A stretch of 64,000 bases of DNA from Octopus sinensis. Its lineage: Eukaryota. The stretch is taken from contig NC_043008.1 of the NCBI RefSeq assembly GCF_006345805.1, positions 36,332,001 to 36,396,000 of the forward strand. Direction: 5' to 3'. The notes under the pieces were generated by a model, which worked only from the letters and a program-made list of their open reading frames with translations, was not told the origin of the DNA and ran no database searches. Both the position numbers and the translations under genes were made by a program. This document shows positions 38,040 to 51,320 of the stretch, in pieces (position 1 is the stretch's first letter; the number at the start of each line of letters is the position of its first letter).

Positions 38040-38945
38040 TAGTCCTATATCTTGATGGCGATATTGAGATATTTGATGCTATGCAGTGGCGCCTCGTTCT
38101 GCTGTTTGTATAACTATCAATGCCAAAGTTTGATACAAGTCCTTCCAGGATTTTCCAGATGTATATCACTGCGTATCTTTCACACCTCGTTCCAGGGGCT
38201 AGAATATTAACCTGTTCAGCCCTTCTCAGTAGCTGATATGTTGCACTGAGACGACCTTCTTTTCGTAACTTCGCTGGATTGCTTCGAGTTCTGCCATTAA
38301 TTTTACGCTGTGACCAAAGCTGGGAGCAGTAGTCTGAGTGGCTGAGGACATATGTCCTTCAGACACCATCATGGTTTCTTGCTCTCTTGTTTTGAAAGTT
38401 CTAAGGATCTATACGGTCAGCCGTCTGCATTTTATTGCCAGCTAAATAATATACAGATGGAAAGATGCATCATTACTCATGTGAATGCCCAGGTTGCGCA
38501 CTGATTTTGATTGAGCTATTGCAGTCCTTTCTGGGCGCGTGTATCCTGGTTGCATTTCATTCAGTTTTGTGTGCTGGTAGCGCAGGGCTTGGATTTTCCA
38601 GCATTAAACTGCAAGTTATTGTTCTCAGTTATTGTTCTCAGTTATTATTAAACTGCAAGTTATTGTTCTCCACCTGTATATTGTGTCCAGTTCCTGTTGT
38701 AGGTACTCAATATATCTAGGGTTCTATATCCGCTGAAAGACTTTTGTATCTTCTGCATAGCTAGCAAGGGTGGCTATCTGAGCAGCTGAGGGCATGTAAG
38801 AAAAGGTCACTATGAACTGCAATGGCCCTAAGTCAGTGCCTTGTGGTATTTTACTTACTCTTTGTGTTTTCTTAGAGGTGACTTCGTTGTCCACTACTGC
38901 CTGATATTCAGAAAGTCGTGTATCCACTCTTTAAGTGTTCCTACA
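38040..38945 (-). mobile_element. CR1-clade LINE fragment (RT core and C-terminus), rearranged
   Basis: EWIHDFLNIRQ, IPQGTDLGPLQF...SYAEDTK, ILRTFKTR..DYCSQLWS, IYIWKILEGLVSN. Confidence 0.8.
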
Positions 38946-39020
38946 ATACTGAGATGCATGTATGTATGTATGTATGTATGTATGTATGTATGTATGTATG
39001 TATGTATGTATGTATGTATG

Positions 39021-39052
<32 letters not shown>

Positions 39053-39599
39053 TGTATGTATGTATGTATGTATGTATGCATGAATGCATGCATGTATGTA
39101 TGTATGTATGTATGTATGTATGTATGCATGCATGCATGCATGCATGCATGTATGTATGTATGTATGTATGTATGTATGTATGTATGTATGTATGTATATG
39201 TATGTATGCATGTTTGCATGTATGTATGTATGTATGTATGTATGTATGTATGTATGTTGATAAATTGATGAGCAGAAGCAAGAAATTGGATGTCAAAACG
39301 GAACTCCGGCGCACGCCGTATTAAATAAAATGAGAGACCGGAAGAGTTCCGTGAAGACACGCGAAAATCTGATAAAAATCTACTGCTGCAAGAGATGAAA
39401 GACCGGCGGAGACCATAAACACTCATAAGACACGGTTGAAAGCTTATCTGTTGTTGAGAGGGGCAACATTGTTTTTACCAAATTTCTCCAAAGCAAGGGT
39501 GAAGGATGTTATAAGAGGTTCTTGCTTTTCCGATTCCATGCTGAAGGTCCTTAAGGGATGGATCCGACAACTCTTACGTAGATGACAACCCTTCACTTT

Positions 39600-40560
39600 T
39601 CTAGTATTCCCTAAACTCGCATATTTCTATTCTCTACTTAGATACCATACGCCAAACACACATTGTTTTCATGAACAGAAACCACGAAATATTCTTACAA
39701 TGGGCAATGCCTTTTCCATCACCTTCAATAGCAAACGAACACAAACGCTATTCATCTCATGAAACCATTATCGTCTCTCAAAATCCTATTCTCTCAATCT
39801 TGAGCTCCTCTTGAACCCCCACGCTGGGTTTCGCATTACCACCGAGGAATCTCTCTTGGAAAAAGCACATTTTAAAATAGGTACAATCGCATCATCTTCT
39901 CATCAACGCTATAAGATATTGCTACAAAGTGCACGTGAAGCTTACAACTGAGCAGTGATTCACAACCATTTTTTCTCAAAGGACTCCTTTGATTCCTACT
40001 TTACTCTGCTGGACCCTAATAAACATTCGATCTTTAAAAAGTCCCATTATATACATATATAACTTAATAGAAGGAACTGTGTAAAGAAATTGTTAAAATA
40101 ATCTGCGTATTGTAGAAGTATAACTGATTTATCGCACAGAAATTTGAATAGCAAAATCTTATGTGAATCCCAAAGGGTCACGCAGACCCCGGTTGAGAAA
40201 CACTGCAATGGAGTATTGCTCTCACGTATACTCACACACAAATATCTGACACGGTATCCTGAAAAAAGCCACCCGACAGAATTGGAAGCCACTAACACGC
40301 TTCAGTCCTCGGATCGCAATTGGCGCTGTCTCATTTCTCTATCTTTTCTTCCGCGACTACAATGGTCACTGTTCGTTGGAGTAGGGCCGACAAATGCCAT
40401 CTCAAGCCTACTCGTATGTCATCCTCTCACCCTGGTTGTATCCATCCAACCAAGGACTGCGATTTTATCCCTATGTATAGTCCTTCTTTGCCAGACTGCC
40501 GTAACTCTGGAGTTCCTTCCTTGTTCGTGTTTTTCTAGCAAGTGTTTACTTGCAAATGTT
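39600..40560 (+). mobile_element. L2/Crack-type LINE fragment split by a hAT MITE
   Basis: ILQWG/FNSKRTQ remnants. RKLT|MEYCSHV is restored on removing the MITE and one TSD. A decayed SL(F)FRDYNGHCS motif follows. Confidence 0.65.
39953..40205 (+). mobile_element. hAT-Charlie-like MITE (253 bp)
   Basis: TIRs CAGTGATTCACAACC / GGTTGAGAAACACTG (13 of 15 match). 8-bp TSD CAACTGAG / CAATGGAG. Confidence 0.8.
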
Positions 40561-41114
40561 CAAAAGAAGCGAAACTAGCATCAAAACAGGAGGGTAAGCG
40601 AAGGCCACAAACACTACCTCTTCCTTAAAGCTCATCATGTAATATATACATACATACATACATACACACACATACACACACATATAAATATTTCAAATTT
40701 ATAGAAAATCAAACACGAAGACAAGTGTAGGAACAAGAAAGTGTATTAGTTTGACGAAACAGACAAGCATATATACATGCATGCATGCATACGTACATAC
40801 GTGCATACTCATACACCTGTATATGTGCATATAAATATAGGTGTGGACGTGCACATAGTCATGCATACATATTTCTAATCTTTTCCTGGTGTCCCTATAT
40901 GACGTCAGCATACAATTATCTAACAGATGTCAAAAAAATTGCTTTTGTTACAATATGCGTACACACACCCACCCACACACACACACACAAAGACACACAC
41001 ATTTACACACACACACACACTCAGTCACACACACTCACACACATTACACAATGTAAAAAAGGAAAGGAAATTCTTATACTTATCAATGAGAGGTTTAACC
41101 GCATTTGATCCCCA

Positions 41115-41315
41115 TACTCTTTTACTTGTTTCAGTCATTTGGCTGTGGCCATGCTGGGGCACTGCCTTTAGATGAACAAATCGACCCTAGGACTTATTCT
41201 TTGTAAGCCTAGTACTTATTCTATCTATCTCTTTTGCCGAACCGCTAAATTACGGGGACGTAAACTCACCACCATCGGTTGTCAAGCAATGTTGGTGGGG
41301 GGGACGCACACAAAA

Positions 41316-41346
<31 letters not shown>

Positions 41347-41509
41347 ACACACACACACACATACGTACGTCTACCAAATCCACTCACAAGGCTTTGGTGG
41401 GCCCAAGGCTATAGTAGAAGACACTTGCCCAAGGTGCCACGCAGTGAGCCTGAACCCGAAAGTATGTGGTTCGTAAGCAAGCTACTTACCACACAGCCAC
41501 TCCTACGCC
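41115..41509 (-). mobile_element. SINE family A, full length
   Basis: Same head, core and tail as the 8965 and 59534 copies. Confidence 0.9.
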
Positions 41510-41589
41510 CATGATAAATATAATTATTAATTCCATTGTAAGCTTTCACTATACGAGCAGTGTATTGTTTCTATCTTTCCTTTCTATTG

Positions 41590-42390
41590 TATTCGTGCAT
41601 TGTCCATGAAAGGGCTTTCATTACCTTCATTTAGTATGGCGTTCTGTAGCCCCTACTTTTAGCTTAATTTTTAGCATTTTTACGATTTCTGTTATTGTTC
41701 CTTTTTGTCTCAGAAGTGTCTGTTATTTCATCAGACTTGTCTTTGTCACTGTTGGCTCTCTCGAAGATAGAAAATAGTTTTTCGTTTTGTATTTCCTTGT
41801 TTTGAAGCTATTTGTATTAGTTATATTTCCATTGTTCCATTATTTTTCTAGTCCTGTATAAGTTTTTAAGGTGTGGGATGATGTTATCTAAATAACAATC
41901 AATTCAATATTTTCCCATTTTTTGCCTCCAGTCTTGGTTGCCTGTTTAGCGGACAATTGAGAATATTACAACTATAACTTATTTGTATTGCTCAACTAAA
42001 GTATTGAAGTCTATTACCTTTCTGTTTGCATTCTGCCACGTCTTTCGTTTTAATTCACTTGTGAATTTTCTACTCTGTCTAATTCATTGATTCCAAAGTA
42101 TTCCTATGTCTGTGTATGTTGCAACTATTTAATCTTTGTCTCTTTTTATTTCGCATGATATTAATATTGTTAATTTTCTCTTCTTCAAATGTGCTTTGGC
42201 GCATTTTTCTTACTCGAACATCATAGCAGTTCTTCGAGTAAATCTCTGCACAGTCTTCACCACTGTTTCTGGTTGTTCATCATCCGCAGTGTACAACTTG
42301 ATGCCATCCATACACAAAAAATCACTGATTTTCTACCATGGTACATATATTATATCGACTGCAGCTCTACTTAACAATTTAGCCTAAGTT
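41590..42390 (-). mobile_element. decayed R4/Dong LINE RT fragment
   Basis: KISDFLCMDGIKLYTADDEQ...TVQRF...FE*EKCA (decayed HLLYMDD) and an LHGQ-like motif near 41600. Confidence 0.65.
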
Positions 42391-42469
42391 ATTAGTATCT
42401 AGCAGTAAAAGAAATAGAGTGGGGATGTCCTTTGAAATATACCTCTCATGCAACGGGGTTGGGTTAATA

Positions 42470-42900
42470 TTCATTTCTACTCTAGGCACAAGGCCCGAAA
42501 TTTTTGAGGAGAGGTCAGTCGATTAGATTGACCCCAGTATGCAAGTGGTACTTAATTTATCGACCCCGAAAGGATGAAAGGTAAAGTCGACCTCGGCAGA
42601 ATTTGAACTCAGAACGTAAATACACACGAAATACTGCTAAGCATTTCACCCGACATGCTAACGTTTCTTATTTCTTTATTGCCTACAAGGAGCTAAACAC
42701 AGAGAGGACAAGCAAGGACAGACAAACGGATTAAGTCGATTATATCGACCCCAGTGTGTAACTGGTACTTATTTAATCGACCCCGAAAGGATGAAAGGCA
42801 AAGTCGACCTCGGCGGAATTCGAACTCAGAACGCAGCGGCGGACGAAATACAGCAAAGCATTTCACCCGGCGTGCTAACGTTTCTGCCAGCTCGCCGCCT
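42470..42900 (-). mobile_element. two SINE family B copies (long-tail copy abutting the head of a short-tail copy)
   Basis: Junction GCTAACGTTTC|TTATTTCTTTATTGCC at about 42668. Complete head AGCTCGCCGCCT at 42900. Confidence 0.88.
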
Positions 42901-43107
42901 TGGTTAGGTTAATATTTTATCATTTCGTCTTTTGTCTGTATCATCAAGAATTCTTTTCATTTCCCCCAAATGTATTTAACGTATCTGCTTAACATTAGTG
43001 ATATCTTGCCCACGGTTTCGAAGATGCGCATGTGGAGATAGATCATGCTCAGTCACATCATTGTTTACTGTATTCGATCATAGATTTCTTGATTAGTTAA
43101 TGGTCTT

Positions 43108-43538
43108 GGATCTTTTCGGTTTGAGCGGCAGTTTTTAAAAATAATTTCCACGTAACTAAACACATTTAAACTTCGTATACTGGTAGAATGTGCTTATAAA
43201 ACATCTTTATCTCTTGGCTTTATTGAGAAAATTCTATAGTTTGTAAGATATTTATTGTTTTTTCTTCAATTTCTGCAATTTCAATCAATCAATGACGTCT
43301 ATTTGAGGTGAAAACATTCTGTACGGAATGGATATGTCCCTCGTTTAAGAAACAGATTAGGTTTATTTACATTGCTGAAGAAAAAAGATACCCTTCCCCC
43401 CGCCCCTAACCCTAACCCTAACTAACCCTAACCCTAAAACAGATTGAAATGCAATAGATCGATACTAGGGTCATAATTATGGGTGACAATTTCATATGAC
43501 ACCGCTAGAAAAAACTGCCGTTCAAACCGAAAAGATCC
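43108..43538 (-). mobile_element. TTAGGG-carrying MITE, copy 2
   Basis: Same TIRs. CCCTAA array at 43405-43437. Flanks ATGGTCTT / ATTATCTT (6 of 8). Confidence 0.85.
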
Positions 43539-43844
43539 ATTATCTTTACCGTCATATGGTCATTCAGTTTTTCTAAGGAACAGGTGGGGTTTTTTTTTTA
43601 CCTAGTGTTTATTTATTGTCTGTGATATTACTGAAGTTAGAAGCGTTGTAGTCACTATAAAAGCAAGTTTTGTGTTTCTTTAGGTTTTCATGTTAACTGG
43701 TTTTTAGTGTTGTGGGTTAAGGATTGGTTTCCCCTCAAAGAAACTGCCAGGTGTTCGCTCTGGCTTCGACAGTGACTCATTAAGTATATAAAAATAAATG
43801 AATTAAATAAAAATAAGGCAGGTAATAGATAAAAAAAATTAAGA

Positions 43845-44720
43845 AAATTAGCAGATTTGTCAGAATGTTGGAAAATGTGCCTCGTGGTATTTATTTTGTT
43901 TCTTTACATTCCGAGTCCAAAATCCCCTGAGGTCAACTTTACATGTTATCCTTCTTCCCAGCCGGTGTCGATAAAATAAAGCACCAGTTTAAGGACTAGG
44001 GTTAATGGTATTCATTGAACCCCTCTTCTAAAAAATAGTGGTCTTTGCCAAAATCTGAAGCCAAAAGCGACGGTGACACAGTAAGATCGTTAACATACCA
44101 GACAAAATGTTTAGAAGTATTTCTGCCGGTTTCACGTCAAGAGTACAAATTTCGCCGAAGACGACTTTGCTTTCCATTCTTTTGAGGTCGATAAATAAGT
44201 ACCAGTTGAACATTGGGGTCGATGTAATCGACTTGCCCCTGCCCTCAAATATTACTGGTCCTGTGTCAAGGTTTTAAGCCATTATTAAGGCGGCGGACAA
44301 AATGCTTAGCAGCATTTCGACTGCGGACAAAATGTTTAGCATACCGGACAAAGTGCTTAGCGGCATTTTGACTGTTTTACGTTTTAAGTTCAAATGCCGC
44401 TGAGGGTGACTTTGCTTTCATCTTTTCGGAGACGGCAGAATCAATACCAGTGAGTACTGGGGTCGGTGCGTTCGATCCCAGGCCTTGTCCCTATAGTAGA
44501 AAGGAGTAAAGCAGCGAGCTGTAGAATTGTTAGCGCATCGGACAAATTGGCTATCAGAATTTTTTCCAGTTCTTTACGTTCTGAGTTCAATTCCCGAAAG
44601 GTTAACTTTGCCTGTCTTTCTTTTGGGGTCGATAAAATAAGTATCATTTGAGCATTAGGATCAATGTAATCGACTACCCTTCCACCAAGTTCAAGCTTTG
44701 TTCTATAGTAGACAGAATGA

Positions 44721-44722
<2 letters not shown>
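43845..44722 (+). mobile_element. head-to-tail array of four diverged SINE family B copies
   Basis: Four successive head / GAGT(T/C)CAA / GATAAAATAAG core / short-tail units starting near 43845, 44070, 44287 and 44500. Confidence 0.7.
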
Positions 44723-44752
<30 letters not shown>

Positions 44753-44753
<1 letters not shown>

Positions 44754-45241
44754 GAGTGAGAGAGCAGTTCATGCCATCAAAGTGACACTGGGGTAAAATA
44801 TACGAAGCCCATATACCCATCATGACTACCCGTCTGATAAGGTACACCAGGCACATGCATCACAACCATATGTGCGCGACATGGTGATCTCATATTAAGA
44901 TAAACAGCACATGACCTTGCAGGTGGGGCCCAGTTAGAATTTTCTTCAGGTTGAGTAGCCCATCCCGCTCAAACGGTCCCTGAATAAGGGTTGTTTAAGG
45001 ATGTTGAAAGAACCACCCATGTTTCCAGAGGTGAACTATTCAAACCCCAAAGAATCCCTCTCAACACATGGCTATGATGCTCCCCCACTACTTCTGCTTG
45101 TGATCAGAGATGCACATATCGTCAGCCACTAAGGGACATGCTCAACTGGTTAAGGTCAAACAACTGACAAGCAAATCTGTGGTATTGAGCAGAATATTTG
45201 CTGTAGCCCATCTTTTATACCAAGACAAAACAATGTACATG

Positions 45242-45275
<34 letters not shown>

Positions 45276-45280
45276 TATTA

Positions 45281-45314
<34 letters not shown>

Positions 45315-45334
45315 TATTATTATTATTATTATTA

Positions 45335-45373
<39 letters not shown>

Positions 45374-45389
45374 TATTAATATTACTATA

Positions 45390-45446
<57 letters not shown>

Positions 45447-45457
45447 CTATTTATTTA

Positions 45458-45495
<38 letters not shown>

Positions 45496-45500
45496 TATTA

Positions 45501-45538
<38 letters not shown>

Positions 45539-46055
45539 CATTATTATTATTTACTTTTAATCTGCATGTTTGTAACAATCACTTGCCGAGTCACACCCAG
45601 CGTACAAGGGTGAGTGAAGGATAAGAGATATTTCAGTATGACGGAAAGCTTGGGGAGAGGAGGTAGTGAAATATGTTTATTTAATACAACACAGACATTT
45701 AAATGGATTCGGTTTTTCTAAGGTTGTGGCATTACTCAGCACAATCTTTTGGATTTCTCTGAGATATGGTTCTCCTGGGATCTGATCTAGATGTTTCTGA
45801 GATCCCTTTTTTTTTATAATACTTAGGGCACCTACAATAACAGGAACAGTTCTCGTTTTAAGATGCCACATCTTCTGTATTTCAATTTCTAGGTCCTTAT
45901 ATTTACTTAGTTTGTCAAATTCTTTGAAAAATATATTTTTATCAGTGTGAACACTTACGTCTATTAGTGTATACGTATTTTCTTCCCTGTCTTTAATAAT
46001 CATGTCTCGTCGATTAGCCTGGATCGTTCAGTCATTATTATATTATTATTTATTA

Positions 46056-46091
<36 letters not shown>

Positions 46092-46179
46092 TCTTCTTCT
46101 TCTCTTCTTCTTCTTCTTCTTCTTCTTCTTCTTTCTTCTTCTTCTTCTTCTTCTTCTTCTTCTTCTTCTTCTTCTCTTC

Positions 46180-46216
<37 letters not shown>

Positions 46217-46726
46217 AATTAATATTATTATTATCATTGAGGGAGAGAGCAGTGCATACCATCACAGTGACACTGGGGTAAAATATACGAAGCCCATATA
46301 CCCATCATGACTACCCGTCTGATAAGGTACACCAGGCACATGCATCACAACCATATGTGCGCGACATGGTGATCTCATATTAAGATAAACAGCACATGAC
46401 CTTGCAGGTGGGGCCCAGTTAGAATTTTCTTCAGGTTGAGTAGCCCATCCCGCTCAAACGGTCCCTGAATAAGGGTTGTTTAAGGATGTTGAAAGAACCA
46501 CCCATGTTTCCAGAGGTGAACTATTCAAACCCCAAAGAATCCCTCTCAACACATGGCTATGATGCTCCCCCACTACTTCTGCTCGTGATCAGAGATGCAC
46601 ATATCGTCAGCCACTAAGGGACATGCTCAACTGGTTAAGGTCAAACAACTGACAAGCAAATCTGTGGTATTGAGCAGAATATTTGCTGTAGCCCATCTTT
46701 TATACCAAGACAAAACAATGTACATG

Positions 46727-46789
<63 letters not shown>

Positions 46790-46798
46790 ATTACTATA

Positions 46799-46860
<62 letters not shown>

Positions 46861-46876
46861 TATTAATATTACTATA

Positions 46877-46935
<59 letters not shown>

Positions 46936-46942
46936 TTATTTA

Positions 46943-47025
<83 letters not shown>

Positions 47026-47519
47026 CATTATTATTATTTACTTTTAATCTGCATGTTTGTAACAATCACTTGCCGAGTCACACCCAGCGTACAAGGGTGA
47101 GTGAAGGATAAGAGATATTTCAGTATGACGGAAAGCTTGGGGAGAGGAGGTAGTGAAATATGTTTATTTAATACAACACAGACATTTAAATGGATTCGGT
47201 TTTTCTAAGGTTGTGGGCATTACTCAGCACAATCTTTTGGATTTCTCTGAGATATGGTTCTCCTGGGATCTGATCTAGATGTTTCTGAGATCCCTTTTTT
47301 TTTATAATACTTAGGGCACCTACAATAACAGGAACAGTTCTCGTTTTAAGATGCCACATCTTCTGTATTTCAATTTCTAGGTCCTTATATTTACTTAGTT
47401 TGTCAAATTCTTTGAAAAATATATTTTTATCAGTGTGAACACTTACGTCTATTAGTGTATACGTATTTTCTTCCCTGTCTTTAATAATCATGTCTCGTCG
47501 ATTAGCCTGGATCGTTCAG

Positions 47520-47583
<64 letters not shown>

Positions 47584-47647
47584 TCTTCTTCTTCTTCTTC
47601 TTCTTCTTCTTCTTCTTCTTCTCTTCTTCTTCTTCTTCTTCTTCTTC

Positions 47648-47681
<34 letters not shown>

Positions 47682-47761
47682 AATTAATATTATTATTATC
47701 ATTGAGGGAGAGAGCAGTGCATACCATCACAGTGACACTGGGGTAAAATATACGAAGCCCA
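44753..47761. repeat. tandem duplication, ~1.47-1.49-kb unit (family F element + microsatellite + Dong 3' fragment)
   Basis: F starts at 44753, 46238 and 47703. Dong RLE fragments at 45552-46033 and 47038-47521 are nearly identical (ORFs 45677-46003 and 47186-47491). Confidence 0.92.
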
Positions 47762-47780
47762 ATTATTATTATTATCATTA

Positions 47781-47858
<78 letters not shown>

Positions 47859-47859
<1 letters not shown>

Positions 47860-49697
47860 GTGATTAAAACACAGCTTATTTTGCTGGATATCAGCTGTCC
47901 ACAGCCAACAGACTAAGGTGAGACTTGTTTACTGGTTATGCTTCAAGTACTCTGGGAAGAATTCTTTGATTATTATTATTGTTATTATTATTATTTTGGT
48001 TTGGACTAAGTTCGGTCTTATTTCTGGTAGGAGCTGTACTAAACTGGGTTTTATGCCTATTTCCTTTATCCAACTGTTCGGATCTTTAGGGATAGTTCCC
48101 AATGCACCTATAACTACTAAGATACACTTTACCCGCACTTTCATAGTCTCTCTAATTCAATGACTATATCCTGGTACTTAGCTATTTTTCTATACCTCTC
48201 ATATTGATTATTTCATGATTTAGGATCGTAAATAGATTATCTGGCCCATTATATTCTTTTTATCTACTACTACTAAATCGGGTCTTCTAGCTTCTATGAC
48301 TTCGTCAGTCTGAATGTTAAAGTCCCACAACATCTTGTATTTCTTACTTTCTAGTACTTTACTAGGTTCATGTTCATACCGTTTATCAGTATGTTCAAAT
48401 TCTAAGTTTCTACATAACTCCCAGTGGATTACTCTCCCTAGGTTGTCGTATCTTTTCTTATAATATTCTATCTGTGCCAGCATGCTACATACACTTACTA
48501 TATGAGTAACACTTTCTTCTCTTGTTTTGCATAACCTACATTGAGAATCTATTTTGTTTTTTGTTTATCTTGGCTTTTATCCAATTAGTCCTTAATGCTT
48601 GATCTTGTGCAGCTACTGACAAACTTTCTGTTTCCTTTTTCAGCTTTCCTTTCTGCAGTTACAACCATGTCTCACTACAACAATCATTGGGAATCTACCA
48701 TGCAACGCCTTCCCCTGGAAGTCAGATAATTTCTATTTTTCTGGTTTTAAAGTTCGTTTGGTGTTTTAGTTTCCCCATGTCTTGCTGTGACTCTAGCAGC
48801 TTTTAATTCTTCACTATTACCTACATAAGAGTCTATATCTACTCTAGCCAACTCCACGCAGTCTTCTACTGATATAAACCCTCTTCCACCTTCCTTTGTA
48901 GGTAGGTGTAATCTTGCTATTCCTGCCCTTGAGTGAAGTCCTCCAATCATATTGAACTCCTTCCTAGTTCTTCTATCTAGCTTTGCTAATTCTGCTTTTG
49001 GCCAATCTACAAAAGCAGCTGAGTATCTAAGTAATGATACTGCCCAAATATTTACAACCTTCTCTAGATTCGGACCATTTAGCATTGACTTCATTTGCTT
49101 CCTCACCCTTCTGATGTACTCCTCAATTTCATTTTCATTTCTATAGTCAGTACTCTGTCAGATTCCAATACTCCTAGATACGTATAACTCTCTCCTCGTT
49201 TCAATGATTTTAATGTCTGGCTATCTGGTAATTGGATGCTTTCGCTGTTGACCACCTATCCCCTTTTCATGACTAATATTGTGCACTTATCTATGCCAAA
49301 TTCCATGGCTATATCTTTGCTGAAAAGACTTACAGTTAGCATTAAGGAAACTCTTTTTCATTCTTACTAAAAAGTTTCAGGTCATCCATGTAGAGCAAAT
49401 GGTTACTTTTTTTCCTTACTGTTTCTGAATTGATACCCTACCTTTACCTTCCTTAATACTAAAGTGAGGGCGATCAAACATAAGACAAACATCGAAAAGG
49501 GGACAACGAGACCCATGGAAAAATCTTCTTTTGATATTAATTTTCCCTAAGAGTGTGTCACCTGACTAGAAATTTACTTTCCATTTCTGCATACTAAATC
49601 TAATTAATTCTCTTATGTTGTCTCTTATACTGAATGTACTCAACCATTCACTTATCCGCGTGTGTAGGATCATGTCAGGCATTCCTATAATCTATCC
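47859..49697 (-). mobile_element. 5'-truncated R4/Dong LINE: RT, CCHC knuckle, RLE, 3' UTR, (TAA)n tail
   Basis: NHLLYMDDLKLF at about 49370-49405, LDRRTRK...LHSR...RLHLP.KEGGRG, CRLCKTREESVTHIVSVC, LWDFNIQTDEVIEARRPDLVVVDK. Frameshifted. Confidence 0.92.
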
Positions 49698-49811
49698 ATG
49701 CTATTGTTAAATTTTTCTTTCTTGCTTTTACTTCATTTAGAACTGCTTTGTCTATGTGTAACAGACCATGTATTCCTCTATCCTTCTTCCTGCAACCTTT
49801 CTGTTCTGGCA

Positions 49812-50012
49812 GTAAATACTGGTTGTCAAGGTGCCGTAAATTCTGGTTGTCAAGGTACTGTAAATTCTAGTTGTCAAGGTACTGTAAATTCTGGTTGTCA
49901 AGGTGCAGTAAATTCTGGTTGTCAAGGTGCAGTAAATTCTGGTTGTCAAGGTGTCGTAGATTCTGGTTGTCAAGGTGCAGTAAATTCTGGTTATCAATGT
50001 ACTATAAATTCT
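49812..50012. repeat. 24-bp minisatellite GTAAATTCTGGTTGTCAAGGTRCW, ~8 copies
   Basis: Contiguous units without spacers; translates as a VNSGCQGA repeat. Confidence 0.95.
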
Positions 50013-50293
50013 GATTATTATTATCATTATTATTGTTATTACTTGCCAGTTTGCTAAAAGGTGGATGAAAGTGGCGAGAATAGTTGAAAAGAGGAAAGAA
50101 AAAAGGCACCTGCTCCCCAAATCAGGGTACCCATGGTTTTTCCCTATTGAGGATCATTCATTGTTGATTTTAAAAATTTTGTTAGTCTTGCTTACACGTA
50201 AAACCCTCACAACACACACACACACACACATTCTTTGTTTTGTCCTGTGCTGTCTATAATATGTTTCTTAATTTAAACTTTTGGTTAATAAAG

Positions 50294-50389
<96 letters not shown>

Positions 50390-50460
50390 TATCATCGTCG
50401 TCGTCGTTGTTGTTGTTATTATATTATTATTATTATTATATTATATTATTATTATTATTC

Positions 50461-50776
50461 TATGTTTGACTTTTGCTTTATGTCTGTACAAGTTGGCTCA
50501 AGTCTCACCCAGAGACCTCAAGAGACAACAGGTTGGAAGTTCTGTGCCTTATATTTGGGGGATTTTTTTTGGGGGGGGGGCGGGTGTTGTACTAATGAAT
50601 GTCTAATACATAAAAATAAAATTAAAAAGAAAAAAATAACAAATAAATAAATAAATAAAAAGTTTGTTTTAAACCTTGGGATTACATAGAGAGTATTTTG
50701 CGTAGGATATGAGCAGTTTCCATGAGCACTATCTTTTGAATTTCTGCCATTTTGGGTTTCCTGGTATCTGAGTTAG

Positions 50777-50779
<3 letters not shown>
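50461..50779 (-). mobile_element. R4/Dong LINE extreme 3' fragment between (TAA)n tracts
   Basis: NLTQIPGNPKMAEIQKIVLMETAHILRKILSM* followed by a 3' UTR ending in AATAATAA. Confidence 0.8.
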
Positions 50780-50827
<48 letters not shown>

Positions 50828-51320
50828 ATAATAATTATTATTATTTTTCATTTTTGTGAAGTCATTTTTGTAGCATGCAAATTAGTTGAAGCGAGTTAAC
50901 GAACAAATCGACTTTACTCCGCCCTTTCTCGATAATCATTTGTGACTTAGTGCCTCAGCAATCAAAAGAATCGAAAATTACAGTATTTGAGAAATACCGA
51001 GAAAAGAATTTATTGATGCAGAATACATAAAGGGCCAATTTACCTTCAACCCGATATTTGAACTGCTTCGAAAATAAATATTCATGTTAAGAATTCACAA
51101 ATAATTTCGATCTTCACGCATTGTCACTGTAGTCCACTTGGCTGCTGTATTATCCCTGAGGGTTTCCCGATCGCAGGCACTGGCAACCTTTTACGAGAAG
51201 CGGGCCGCATGAGACATGGCTCATCAGGCGGGCCGCGGGACTAAAAATATTCAAGGTAGTTTTTCGTTAGGGGTGACATTCGTAATTCCCGCGGACAGCA
51301 GTTTGCCTATGATTAATATA

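Noticed and set aside
49812-50012. Regular 24-bp repeats as a CRISPR array
   Set aside because: The units are contiguous with no unique spacers, there are no cas genes, and the context is eukaryotic.
51168-51245. hAT-Charlie-like 5' end (CAGGCACTGGCAACCTTTT...GCGGGCCGCATG)
   Set aside because: No matching right TIR or TSD was found, and it is too short to support as a feature.
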